Positions 9,925 to 20,214 of a DNA stretch of 64,000 bases are shown piece by piece. How positions within the stretch are numbered: the stretch's first letter is position 1; each line of letters opens with the position of its first letter. The stretch lies in assembly GCA_965218295.1 (NCBI GenBank), contig CBDCKN010000013.1:192001-256000 (forward strand), read 5' to 3'. The translations under genes and the position numbers were made by a program. The DNA is from Longimicrobiales bacterium (lineage in GTDB: Bacteria; Gemmatimonadota; Gemmatimonadetes; Longimicrobiales; Gaopeijiaceae). Below the pieces are notes generated by a model. The model saw only the letters and a program-made list of their open reading frames with translations. It was not told the origin of the DNA and made no database searches.

Positions 9925-10703
9925 CACGGGGCTCGACGGCGAACTTGATGGTCCCCGCCACCAGCACACCGAAGAGGGTGGGCACGGCGACCCCGCCCCC
10001 CCACGTGAACAGATGGGACGTCTCCGGAGCCTGGCGGATCGCTCCAAGGGCCCCGAGCCCGCCGGCTGCGGTCACCGTTCCGGTGAACAGCAGGATGGCC
10101 GCTACCGACATGACGATGCCTTGTACCGCATCGGTCTTCGCCACCGAGATGAAGCCGCCAATCGCCGTGTACAGCATGACCACCACGAAGACCCAGCGCG
10201 ATGGCCACCTTGTAGGGGATGTCCATGAAGGTCTCGAGGAGGTTGCCGATCCCCTTGAAGACGGCGGTCATATAGAGGAGGCTGGCGAAGATCACGATGA
10301 TGGCCGCCAGGAAGCGTGCCGCCGTGCTCTCGAAACGGAATCCGATGAAGTCCGGAACCGTCAGAGAATCCAGTGAGCGGGTGAATTCCCGGAGCCGAGG
10401 GGCGACGACGGTCCACGCGAAGACGGAGAAGCCCACGATGAACGGCACAAGGAGGAGCCAGGGCGCTCCCCACCCGTAGGCCTGACCCGAGAACCCCACG
10501 AAGCTGTTGGTGCTCGAATAGGTGGCGAAGAAGGAGAGGCCCAAGACCACCCCTCCCATCACCCGGCCCCCGACGTAGTAGTCGGCCAGCCCCGTGGTCT
10601 CCCTGTTACCTGCGTAGGCGTGGTAGGCCATGAGCGCCGTATAGAGGACCAGCAGCAGGTGGACGAGCCAGAACTCCCGGAGGTTGTCGAGGACGGCGCT
10701 CAT
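9925..10703 (-). pseudogene. Sodium:solute symporter (PanF/PutP-like), frameshifted and 3'-truncated
   Basis: DYYVGGR, SFFATYSSTNSFVGFSG, TVPDFIGFRF, YTAIGGFISVAKTDAVQG; ends at KFAVEPR against an element end. Confidence 0.85.
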
Positions 10704-12352
10704 GTGGGATTCTCGGTCTCGAAGAGAGTCTTCACGTCCTGTTTCTGCACCTTTCCCATGGCGTTCCGTGGGAGCTCGGCCACGATCCTGAACTCTCGTG
10801 GGACCTTGTATGGGGCGAGCCGTTGTTTGGCCCACGCGAGCACGGCGTCGATGTCGATGGTCGCGATGCCGTGGTCGACTGTCGCCTCGCCTGGGGCGAC
10901 GAGGGCCACGCAAAGGCGTTCCCCCAACTCGGGGTCGGGCACGCCCACAACGGCGCAGTCCTCGACGTCTTGGTGCTCCCTCAGGGTCTCCTCCACATCG
11001 AGGGCCGACACCTTGTAACCGCCCGTCTTGATGATATCCACAGACATCCGGCCGAGGAGACGGTAGTAACCGTTCTCCTCGGTTGCCACATCGCCCGTTC
11101 GGAACCAGCCGTCCCTGAATACGTCAACCGTCTCTTCCGGACGCCGCCAATACTCGGCGAAGACCCCCGGGCCCCGGACCTCCAGCTCGCCGGGGGCTCC
11201 TGGATCGGAGAGCACGTTGCCGGTGTCGTCCACCCGGCGTACGTCCACTCCCGGAAGGGGCTGGCCCACGTAGCCGGGCCGTCGCTCTCCTCGGAGGGGA
11301 TTCGAGAGGCCCATGCCGATCTCGGTCATCCCATACCGCTCCAGGAGCACCTGGCCCGTGAGCTCTCGCCAGCGTTCGAGGACGTTGATCGGAAGGGCCG
11401 CCGAGCCCGAGACCATGAGGCGCATCTTGCGCGCCCCCTCGCTCCACCGCCCCCGATCCCCCTCGCTCGCCTCCTCCCAAGCCCGGATGAGCCGGACGTA
11501 GACGGTGGGCACGGCCATGAAGAGGGTGACGTCTCCGCGGGTGAAGCGCTCCCAGGTCTCGGCGGCGTCGAAGCGAGGCAGCATCTGGCAGCAGGCGCCG
11601 GCCCACAGCGCGCACGTGACGACGTTGATGATCCCGTGCACATGATGGAGTGGCAGCACGAGCAGGATGTGGTCCTCGGAGCTCCACTCCCACGCGGCGA
11701 CCAGGGAGGTGACCTGCGCCTCGACGTTCGCATGGGTCATGACCACCCCTTTGGGGCGGCCCGTGGTGCCGCTGGTGTAGATCACGAGGGCCTGCCGGTC
11801 CCCCGAGACACCGGGAAGGGCCGGCTGATCCGGGGGCACTTCAGGTGCCGATGCCGGGAGCTCCGCGGCATCGAGCGCCCTGCACAGCTCCCCCGCGTCC
11901 AGGACCGGCAGTCCTCTCTCCTCTGCCAGCGGAGTGATGCGATCGGTCAGCGACGGATGCACGACCACCGCGGCCGGCTCAGCGTCATCGAGGACGTGGG
12001 CCAGCTCGGGGGGTGGGTGCGACACGGCCAGCGGCACCGCCACACCCCCCGCTCGCCAGATCCCCCATTGAACGGCCACGTGATGGAAGCCCGGAGAGAT
12101 CAGAAATGCGATGCGTGCCTCCCCCAGATCGCCCGCGCCAGGCCGAATGCCCGTCCCCTCCGAAGCACGCACACCCGGGACGGCCGCCAGCAGCCGCCGA
12201 GCCACCCCCGTAGACGCCTCTAGCAGATCGCGGTACGTGAAGAGCCCTTCGGACCCGACCACGGCGATACGGTCCGCATGTGCGCGGGCCCGGCGAACGA
12301 GGGTTGGCTCCTCCGACGGTGGCGTCTCTGGTGCGTTCGAGCGTATGGACAT
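10700..12352 (-). CDS. Acyl-CoA synthetase, MatB/ACSF3 (malonyl-CoA synthetase)-like
   Basis: IYTSGTTGRPKG AMP loop, LLERYGMTE, FRTGD, DIIKTGGYKVSA, LPRNAMGKVQK; overlaps the symporter start (ATGA). Confidence 0.9.
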   Translation of the reverse strand: MSIRSNAPETPPSEEPTLVRRARAHADRIAVVGSEGLFTYRDLLEASTGVARRLLAAVPGVRASEGTGIRPGAGDLGEARIAFLISPGFHHVAVQWGIWRAGGVAVPLAVSHPPPELAHVLDDAEPAAVVVHPSLTDRITPLAEERGLPVLDAGELCRALDAAELPASAPEVPPDQPALPGVSGDRQALVIYTSGTTGRPKGVVMTHANVEAQVTSLVAAWEWSSEDHILLVLPLHHVHGIINVVTCALWAGACCQMLPRFDAAETWERFTRGDVTLFMAVPTVYVRLIRAWEEASEGDRGRWSEGARKMRLMVSGSAALPINVLERWRELTGQVLLERYGMTEIGMGLSNPLRGERRPGYVGQPLPGVDVRRVDDTGNVLSDPGAPGELEVRGPGVFAEYWRRPEETVDVFRDGWFRTGDVATEENGYYRLLGRMSVDIIKTGGYKVSALDVEETLREHQDVEDCAVVGVPDPELGERLCVALVAPGEATVDHGIATIDIDAVLAWAKQRLAPYKVPREFRIVAELPRNAMGKVQKQDVKTLFETENPT

Positions 12353-13213
12353 CGGAGACCGAAGCTAGAGGCCATGCTCCGGCGGGGCCACCGACAACCT
12401 CCCGTCTCACGAAATCCGCGTTAGGTCCGTGCCTGGCAATCTCTTGCAGGAATTTGGCAGTTTTTTCCCAAAGTGAGATGGTTGAGGCAGTCTAGAACCC
12501 AGTGCTCAGGCCGATGACCTGTGTGGCACAGCTGTTGCACAAAGTTCCGCGCGGAGGCTCCTTCAAAACGGTGAAGAACCATGAGCACCAGCGCAATCTC
12601 CTCTCGAAGTAGCAGTGGGGAGAGACGTTACAAAGCCTACCAAATGGCCATCCCCCGTAGCAGGGAACGGCGCCATTTCCGTCACGGACTCAAGGTCGCC
12701 TTCATCGGGATCCTGATCGGTGTGATCGGGGGTCTGATTGTGTCCGCCTGGCAGTTCCCGACATCGTCGCAGGAAGACGCCTCTGTTGGAAGTGTCATCA
12801 AGTAGAGCCGGGGCCCCGCCCATAGGGTAGCCCCTCCCCCTGTTCCCGGCGCCATGCATGGTGTTGTGGTTGGGGAAGGGCGGATCGAATCCACCGGCCC
12901 TGCCCGGCATCCGTCCCGATCGCCGAGATGCTCATCGGAGACGTGACGTATCTTTATATCGTACGTATAGCTGGCTGCATAGCTCCGTTTTGCTCGCAAC
13001 CGACCCCCATGACTGAACCGGAGATGCTGAGACCGGTCAGTTTCTGGGTGGAATAGCCACGGTGATGTTTGTAGTGACCACATACATGCTCGTGCTCTCA
13101 GTCGATCAATCCTTGCCTGACTGAGAGCACGCTCCGCGACGACGGGCCGTTCCAGGGGCAGTTCGAGAAGTTGGGTTTCGACCTCTGTGATTCGCATCGT
13201 CGCGATCACTAAA

Positions 13214-13994
13214 TTACGAAAAGAACACCCGCTCGGCCGTTTTGCGAAGGAGCCAGTCGCGGTCTCCGGCACTCAGGAAGTCGAGGCGTTTGCCGATCAG
13301 GTCGATCGATTCGCGGTACGCGTGACCGTTCATCACCTGAAACGGCCCGTCGCTGGCCCACATAAGACGCTCCGGTCCGAAGGCGTCCAGGACGCGGTGG
13401 ATCATCGGCCCCAGATCGAGGTACGGCGCTTTCTTCTTGCCGAGCGCGTAAAAGGCGGAGGCCTTGACGCAGACCTTCTTGTGTCGGGCCAGCGCGCAGA
13501 GGTTGTCGACATGCTCCTTGCGGATCCGGCCGTCGGCACCGATGCGCGCGAAGTGGTCAATGACTACCGGCGTGTCCGGGAACTTCCTGCACATCCGATC
13601 GACGGACGGCAGGGATTCCGGGTTCATCAACGGGCACATCTGCAGCCCCTCATCGCCTCCACACTTCCACATCGCCGCCATCCCCTCGCCGTCGAGCCAG
13701 CGGTCAGCCGGCCTCTTTCCGGGGCGAATACGGAATCCCCGCACACCGATTTTCGCCAGCTCCGTCATCCTCTCGCGCGGCTTGGCGTTCTCGTCGATCA
13801 CCGCGACGCCGGAAAACACACCCTTGTGTTTCCACATCGTGTCGAGCATGTAGGAGTTGTCGAATCCGTAGAGGCCCACCTGAATCAACACGATGCGTCT
13901 CACTCCGCAGGGCACGGAATGGGAAAACAGCTCGCTGGGGGTGAAGCTCGCCGGCTTCATATCCTCTTTGCGAAACGGGGCTTTGAGGGAATCT
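13214..13994 (-). pseudogene. Amidohydrolase_2 family protein, N-terminus removed at the IS3 end
   Basis: YGFDNSY, GVRGFR, VVIDHFA, FGPERLMWASDGP; followed by a mandelate-racemase-like start MRITEVETQLLELPL (13197-13140). Confidence 0.85.
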
Positions 13995-14023
13995 TGACCT
14001 GCCCCCAAGAGTGGTACCACATC

Positions 14024-14911
14024 CTATGTTAGTCCCAGCACCTGTGGAAGGCCGTGAAGGACGGGCATCCTCAGGAACCAGGGCGACGGCTTAATCGCCT
14101 CAGGGGCCGGGGGAAAGCCGCCGCAGGCGCTGTGGGGTCGGACGGTATTGTACTCGCGCCTCCATTGCTCGACCAGCACGGCCGCCTCCGCCAACGAGTA
14201 GAAGATCTCCCCGTTCAACAGCTCGTCCCTGAGCTTGCCGTTGAAGCTCTCGTTGTAGCCGTTCTCCCACGGGCTGCCCGGCTCGATAAAGAGCGTCTCG
14301 ACGCCCACGCGCCCCAACCACCGCCGCACGAGCTTCGCGGTGAACTCCGGTCCGTTGTCCGACCTCAGATACTCGGGAGGCCCGTGTCGGACGAACAGAT
14401 CGGCCAGCACCTCGAGCACGTCGTGCGAGCGGATCTTGCGAGCCACCACGATCGCCAGGCACTCCCTCGTGTGCTCGTCCAGCACTGTCAGCAGCTTCAG
14501 CGCACGCCCGTCGTGCGTCCTCGAGGCCACGAAGTCGTACGACCAGACGTGGCCCCGATACAGCGGCCTCAGCCGGATGCACGATCCGTCGTTGAGCCAC
14601 AGCCGACCTCGCTTCGGCTGCCGCTGCGGGACCTTCAGCCCCTCCTGCCTCCAGATCCGCTCCACCCGCTTGTGGTTCACCCCCCAGCCCTCGATGCGGA
14701 GCATGTCCGTGACGCGTCGGTAGCCGTAGCGGCCGAATCGACTCGCAAGTCGCACGATATCACCTCGGAGCGCCCCCTCGTCACTCGCCACTTTCCTCGC
14801 CCGGCGCTGGGTCGTGCGTGGCTGCCCGAGCACCCGGCACGCTCTCCTCTCCGACGCCCCGAGCTGCTGACGTACACGCACCACACAACGTCGTCGGCGC
14901 TCGGGGCTCAG
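14024..14911 (-). CDS. IS3 OrfB DDE transposase
   Basis: [40 protein letters not shown]. Confidence 0.93.
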   Translation of the reverse strand: MSPERRRRCVVRVRQQLGASERRACRVLGQPRTTQRRARKVASDEGALRGDIVRLASRFGRYGYRRVTDMLRIEGWGVNHKRVERIWRQEGLKVPQRQPKRGRLWLNDGSCIRLRPLYRGHVWSYDFVASRTHDGRALKLLTVLDEHTRECLAIVVARKIRSHDVLEVLADLFVRHGPPEYLRSDNGPEFTAKLVRRWLGRVGVETLFIEPGSPWENGYNESFNGKLRDELLNGEIFYSLAEAAVLVEQWRREYNTVRPHSACGGFPPAPEAIKPSPWFLRMPVLHGLPQVLGLT

Positions 14912-15186
14912 AAGTTTCCCTCGGCCGCTTCCTCCAGGATCAGCTTGTCCAGTGTCAAGTCCGCCACTGCTCGCTTCAGGCGCCCGTTCTCGCGCTCGAG
15001 CTCCTTCAGGCGCCGTGCCTGGCTCACCTTCATCCCGCCGTACTCCCGCCTCCACCGGTAGTACGTCTGCTCGGTGATGCCCAGCTCCCGGCTGATCAGC
15101 TTCACGGATTTGCCGCGGGCCAGACCCACCTCTGCCTCCCGCAGTGCAGTGATGATCTGCTCCGGAGTGTGTCGCTTCCTTCCCAT
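14908..15186 (-). CDS. IS3 OrfA (HTH)
   Basis: MGRKRHTPEQII...GITEQTYYRWRREYGG...LERENGRLKRAVADL. Confidence 0.93.
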   Translation of the reverse strand: MGRKRHTPEQIITALREAEVGLARGKSVKLISRELGITEQTYYRWRREYGGMKVSQARRLKELERENGRLKRAVADLTLDKLILEEAAEGNF

Positions 15187-15368
15187 CCTGACCTCCTCGC
15201 TGAAAAGCTTCAGACCAGGTCGATCCTAACATTGCACCTGGTCTCGTTTCAGGGGGTCAGGTCAATAGGATAGAGATGCTGGCTGTTCTTAATTGGGGGT
15301 TTCTCCCATTCGTAGAGTTCGCTTTCAACTTTTGTGATTGCAAATCGATGAGCTCCCATAGTAATTCT

Positions 15369-15600
15369 ATGCCAGAGTACCACATGCTCCTCGAGACGAG
15401 GCCGGGCGCTCCTTCGGGAGCGTCCCGACCTTTTTTATTGACACGACGGGACTTCCTCGGCGCCGGAGCGTTGGGATTCGGGGCGCTGGTGAGACCCGGA
15501 TCTGGTCCCCTGGCGTCAACGCGTGAATCCTCTCAGAAGGGCTATATCGACGCCCACGTGCACGTGTGGTCTGCCGATACGAATGCGTATCCATCACGGC
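15369..15600 (+). pseudogene. Tat-exported amidohydrolase N-terminal fragment
   Basis: TRRDFLG twin-arginine signal then GYIDAHVHVW metal-binding motif; coding signal ends near 15595. Confidence 0.75.
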
Positions 15601-15753
15601 CTGACGGAACAGATACCGCCGTTGTATCGAACGGCAGCATGATCCATGAGAGGACGCCTCAACGTCGAGTTATATTGTACTCCGAAGTTCAAATTGTAAC
15701 GACGAGCAAATGTCGGTCTCGGCTATTGCGAGCCCTGGATCAGGATACCCAAC

Positions 15754-16020
15754 TTGGGATCCCACATCCTCGCACTCGTCCGCCGCCGCCTGCCCCGCGA
15801 CTTGACCCAACGCTACAACACCACCCCCGTCCTCATCGAAACCTTCGTCGAAACCCCGCGCTTCACCGGCTGCATCTACAGGGCCTCAGGTTGGATCCAC
15901 GTAGGAACTACCCGGGGACGCGGGCGCTACGACACCCACAGGCAGTACGGCAAACCCAGGAAGGACGTCTGGCTCCGGCCCCTTGCCAAACACTGGAACG
16001 CATCCGCAACCAGAAAATCC
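15754..16020 (+). pseudogene. DUF4338 (DruA-like, often IS-associated) C-terminal fragment
   Basis: PVLIETFVETPRFTGCIYRASGWIHVGTTRGRGRYD. Confidence 0.75.
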
Positions 16021-16123
16021 AACCGCCCCGCCACGGCTCGACCGAACGCTTACGCCCCACGGGACGACCGAACGGTTTCGGCGAACGGAGCCCGGTCATG
16101 GGGATTCCCCTACCAACGGAGCA

Positions 16124-16240
16124 AAGGGTGATCCCAGGGGTGATTGGGTAAATAGGCTAGAATTCGTAACATATTGTATAACATATAGTTAGCGCATTTA
16201 TTACGGCGGACTAGGCGGTGTGCCTCGCCGGCGAGACGAG
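16124..16240 (-). other. Integrative-element att arm joined to an integrase 3' end
   Basis: AAGGGTGAT..AGGGGTGAT direct repeats, AT-rich spacer, GCGGAC junction, then a DWAAYLAGE-like tail; same geometry at 22867-23005. Confidence 0.6.
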
Positions 16241-16429
16241 AGAAGCAAAGGCCGCAACGCCAAGTTGACGGTCCATCGTGCTCAGATTGGCTCTCGACCG
16301 TCTTCTCGTAGAGCTATTCTCGACGAGAGCACTCCCCCGCGAAGGGTCGATCCCGTCCGCCCCGACAGGGGCTAGGCTGCAGCTGGGGGCGTAACCTGCA
16401 GTAGTCACGGTGACATGAGGATACAAGCA

Positions 16430-18814
16430 ATGCATCATCGAAAGCAGCTTCGAATTCACGGGACGAGCGCACGCCGAACGCTCGAAGCTCTGGTAGTCGC
16501 CGTCGCGCTCCTTGGAGGCGGAGATCTTTCCGCCCAGCAGACCGGGCAGATCGCCGGGCAAGTGACGAGCGAGGACGGCTCGCCCGTAGTCAGGGCCACG
16601 ATTCGTGTGCCGGGTGAGAACCTGCAGGGAACTACGGCGACCGACGGGCGCTTCGTCATTCCCCGCGTGCCTGCCGGCTCCTATGAGGTGGAGATCTACG
16701 CGCTGGGCTACGGGGACGCGACCCAGCAGGTGCAGGTATCCGCGGGCGGCGTGGGAACGTTGAACGTCCAGCTGGAGGTTCGTCCGGTGGAGGTGCTGGG
16801 TGTTCAGGTCCACGTTCTCCGCCCCGACCTGCGACACACGGCCCAGATCGAGGCGGACGCGGTTCGCGAGTCCAATCCACGGGACGTGGGCGATGCGCTG
16901 AGGGCGATCGCCGGCGTGGACGCGGTGCGGCGCGGACCCATCGGACTCGACCCGTCGATCCGGGCGCTCCGCGAAACCCAGGTGGGCACTTACATGAACG
17001 GCACGCGCCTCTTCCCGGCCGGCCCGGCCCGCATGGACTCCCCGCTGACCCACCTGGATCCGAGCGCGATCCAGCACATAGAAGTCGTGAAGGGTCCCTA
17101 CGCCCTCACCTGGGGGGCCGGGAACATGGCTGCAATCCGCATCGAGACCCGGTCCGTACCGCCCCAGATCCCGGGAGGGCTTCGCGGCACTCTGTCTGCC
17201 GGGTACGACACCAATCTGGAGGCTCAGGAGTATTCGGGAACCCTGTTCGGCAGTAGCGAGCGCGTGGCCTACTGGGGCCACGGCGTGTGGCGCACCGGGA
17301 CGGACTACGAGACAGGATCGGGCGACGTGATTCCGGCCGACTTCGACTCCTGGGAGGCCCGGGGACAGCTCGGCTACCGGACCGGCGACGCCTCCTGGCT
17401 GAGCTTCGACATGGGCTACCAGAAGCAGGGCCCGATCGACTATCCGGGCCGCCTTCTGAGCGCCAAGTCCTTCAAGACGAACAACCTCGCGGCCGAGTGG
17501 GAGCTGGCCCGCGCCCAAGGGCTCCTTCGCAACATCGATCTCCTGGTCTACCTGAACAGCGTGGACCACCAGATGGACAACACGGACAAGCCGACGCGCA
17601 TGGCCATGGAGGGACGGGTGCCCCCCTTCGCCCTGGACGTGCTGGTGGACTCCCATATCGACGTCACTGGGGGCCGGGCCGCCATCGAGTTGGTCTCGGA
17701 GGGCGGCTGGGACGTGGAGATCGGGGGTGACGCATACAGCGCGAAGCGGGACGCGGACCGCTTCATCGACGCCCTGGATCCCAACCAGATGACGCCGCCG
17801 CTGTTCCCCTTCCACGACCGGATGTGGCCGGACGCGACGATCACCGACGTAGGTCTATGGACCCGGGCGGACCGGCCCCTGGCCAACAGGCTGAGCCTTT
17901 CCGCGGCGGTGCGCCTCGACCTCGTCTCCGCGGACGCAAAGGACGTGTCCGACACCTTCCTCGACTATGCCGGGGCCACCCGGGCCGACGTGGACGCGTC
18001 GGAGACCAATTTCAACGCGGCCGCCACGCTCAGCGCCAACCTGGGCTCCAACTGGAGCCTTTCGACTGGAGCCGGCTCGGTAGTCCGGACCGCCGACGCC
18101 TCCGAGCGCTACGGAGACAGGATTCCGGGCACCAGGGCCCAGCTCAGCACCGAATTCCTGGGCAACCCCCACCTCGATCCCGAGCGAAGCACCCAGGGCG
18201 ACATCTGGCTCGAAGGCCGCTTTCCCAACCTGAGCCTGGACGCCAACGTCTTCGCCCGCCGGGTCAGCGACTACATCACCATCGTTCCGAGGGACCCGGT
18301 GGAGGTACCCTTCCTGCTCCCACTGACGGGCTCGCTCGGCAACACGAACGTCGTCCAGTATGTGAACGGAGAGGCCGACTTCTGGGGGGTGGAGGCATCC
18401 GTCGCCTACCGCTGGAGCGAACGGTTCTCGACAACCGTGGCCGGCGAGTATCTGCGGGGCGACGACACGGAGCTGGACGAGCCGGCCTTCGGGGTCGCCC
18501 CGGTGCAGGGTCGCCTCCGGCTCCGCTACGAAGAGTCGGGGGCCGGATACTTCCTCGAGAGCCTGGTGACCGCGGTAGGGAAGCAGGACCGCCTGGCTGT
18601 GAGCCGGGGCGAGGGCACCCCGACCCCCGGATACGCGACGGTCGATCTACAGGGCGGATTTCAGCCCTATGTAGGAGTGCAAGTCCGTGCCGGGGTAAAC
18701 AACGCGCTCGACAAGCAGTACTACGACCACCTGAACGCGAAGAACCCTTTCTCCCGGACGCCGATTGCCGAGCCGGGCCGCGTCTTCTTCATCCGTCTGA
18801 CCTATTCGTACTAG
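16430..18814 (+). CDS. TonB-dependent receptor with N-terminal carboxypeptidase-regulatory-like domain, OprC/NosA-like plug
   Basis: Signal peptide, GQIAGQVT..PAGSYEV domain, IEVVKGPY, LDPERS, C-terminal EPGRVFFIRLTYSY. Confidence 0.92.
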   Translation: MHHRKQLRIHGTSARRTLEALVVAVALLGGGDLSAQQTGQIAGQVTSEDGSPVVRATIRVPGENLQGTTATDGRFVIPRVPAGSYEVEIYALGYGDATQQVQVSAGGVGTLNVQLEVRPVEVLGVQVHVLRPDLRHTAQIEADAVRESNPRDVGDALRAIAGVDAVRRGPIGLDPSIRALRETQVGTYMNGTRLFPAGPARMDSPLTHLDPSAIQHIEVVKGPYALTWGAGNMAAIRIETRSVPPQIPGGLRGTLSAGYDTNLEAQEYSGTLFGSSERVAYWGHGVWRTGTDYETGSGDVIPADFDSWEARGQLGYRTGDASWLSFDMGYQKQGPIDYPGRLLSAKSFKTNNLAAEWELARAQGLLRNIDLLVYLNSVDHQMDNTDKPTRMAMEGRVPPFALDVLVDSHIDVTGGRAAIELVSEGGWDVEIGGDAYSAKRDADRFIDALDPNQMTPPLFPFHDRMWPDATITDVGLWTRADRPLANRLSLSAAVRLDLVSADAKDVSDTFLDYAGATRADVDASETNFNAAATLSANLGSNWSLSTGAGSVVRTADASERYGDRIPGTRAQLSTEFLGNPHLDPERSTQGDIWLEGRFPNLSLDANVFARRVSDYITIVPRDPVEVPFLLPLTGSLGNTNVVQYVNGEADFWGVEASVAYRWSERFSTTVAGEYLRGDDTELDEPAFGVAPVQGRLRLRYEESGAGYFLESLVTAVGKQDRLAVSRGEGTPTPGYATVDLQGGFQPYVGVQVRAGVNNALDKQYYDHLNAKNPFSRTPIAEPGRVFFIRLTYSY

Positions 18815-18833
18815 TCTGACCTATTCGTACTAG
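18796..18833 (+). repeat. 19-bp perfect tandem duplication of the receptor gene 3' end
   Basis: tctgacctattcgtactag twice. Confidence 0.95.
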
Positions 18834-18947
18834 ACGGGTCGACTCCCGTCGCACCGCGCGGGCGGAAGCAAGAGGAAAGCGAGACGGGCCCGGGGTCTCC
18901 CCGGGCCCGTCCCAAGGTTTCCGCAATCGTCCCCCTCGCCCCCAGCC

Positions 18948-19240
18948 TCAGTTGGCGATGGCGTCCGCCCCGGCCTGGGAGATCTGCTCGTCGTCGACCG
19001 CACGCACGCCGCTGGTCCCGATCGCCCCAATCAGCTGACCGCCGCGCAGGATCGGGACGCCGCCCGCGAAGGTCACGCCGTCGGGGACCTGCGGTACGGT
19101 ACCGGCCTCGAGGGCGCTGTCCGTACACCGGCACACCCTCGATGTCCGCGACGACGATCGTCACGTTCCATCCGTTACGGCGCGCCTCGGCTTCGGCCGC
19201 GTCGATCGCCGTCCGTGCCAGCTCGTATGTGAGGGCCCTC
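18948..19240 (-). pseudogene. GlcG/HbpS heme-binding family (DUF336), internally deleted
   Basis: ALTYELARTAIDAAEAEARRNGWNVTIVVAD ... FAGGVPILRGGQLIGAIGTSG..DEQISQAG. Confidence 0.8.
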
Positions 19241-19543
19241 TGCGAGCGCGATCAGACCCGACGGCGACCAGTCGAAGCGCCAGTCCTGCTTGATGCCGAG
19301 AATGGAGAAGTCACGCCGGTTCGTCACTGCATAGATCGGAGCGGAGTCAACGATGTATTACTCCGTCCCATCCCGTCGCGAGGTCACGAGGCCGGCCGAC
19401 GTTATGGTGGTTACGCGGATCCGGTCGCCGAGCATTCCGTCAGCTCTCCTGGACCATGCCGTCGAACGCCACCCCACCGTTGGCGATCACCCGGATCGGA
19501 CGACTCAGGTTGAACGCCTCGGGCGCAGAAGGGACGCAGCAAC

Positions 19544-20035
19544 ATGATCGACCATCTCCGAGGACGCGAGAAGGCGCTGGAGCGCTTCGGCTGGACGGGA
19601 CGCCGTGCCGAGTGGATCGCCTTGGCCTGTCTCCATGGCGGCGTGTTCACTCGGGCTCAGTGGACGAGCTTTCTGGGTTGCCACCACGAAAAGGTGCGCC
19701 GCGCCGTCCGCGCCCTCGTCGCGCAGGGCGTGGCCGTCGAAGAGGATCCGCCCGGCATCGACGGCATCGGTCGAGTGTGCCGAATCCACGCGCGCCGGAT
19801 CTACCGGGCGCTCGGCGCCGGGAACCGCCGCCGCCGCCGGATCACCTCCACGGAAGTGCTGATGCGGCGCCTGCTCTCGCTCGACTATGTGCTTGATCAT
19901 TCCCGCCTGCCTTGGCTCCCGACCGAGCCGGAGAAGGTGGCCGCCTTCGAGGCGCTCGGCATCGAGCGCCCGCTCCTGCCCCAACGGGTCTACCGGGGAG
20001 CGGCCGGGAACCTCCGGCGCTACTTCCCGCTCAAG
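19544..20035 (+). pseudogene. Conserved mobile-element gene of unknown function (wHTH-like), cut by an integrase module after RRYFPLK
   Basis: Homologous to 42868-43425; composition changes abruptly at 20036. Confidence 0.7.
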
Positions 20036-20214
20036 TACGGCAGTATGATCGCGACCATCGTCCCATGCGGTCCCGTAATATTCCGTAACGCGTTGTATTA
20101 CCAGGTGATACGGCATATCCGAGCCGTGTTTACAGGCTCCCTCTTGTGCCGGGTCGTACCGTATTGTACCATGGTGTATCCGTCGATATGTGATACACAG
20201 GTAGGATACACCAC

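Larger units (their letters stand above)
13995..15264 (-). mobile_element. IS3 family (IS407-like) element, complete
   Basis: TGACCTG-type terminal IRs; orfA/orfB overlap with GGGAAAC slippery site; no TSD. Confidence 0.93.

Noticed and set aside
12581..12805. 74-aa single-TM ORF
   Set aside because: Plausible small protein but no recognisable family or other support
12860..12910. tRNA-like hairpin GGTGG-ATTCGAT-CCGCC followed by ...ACCA on the minus strand
   Set aside because: T-loop register is non-canonical and I cannot build a cloverleaf
15754..16131. DUF4338 as a Druantia defence system
   Set aside because: Only a short C-terminal fragment; no DruE helicase or other dru genes
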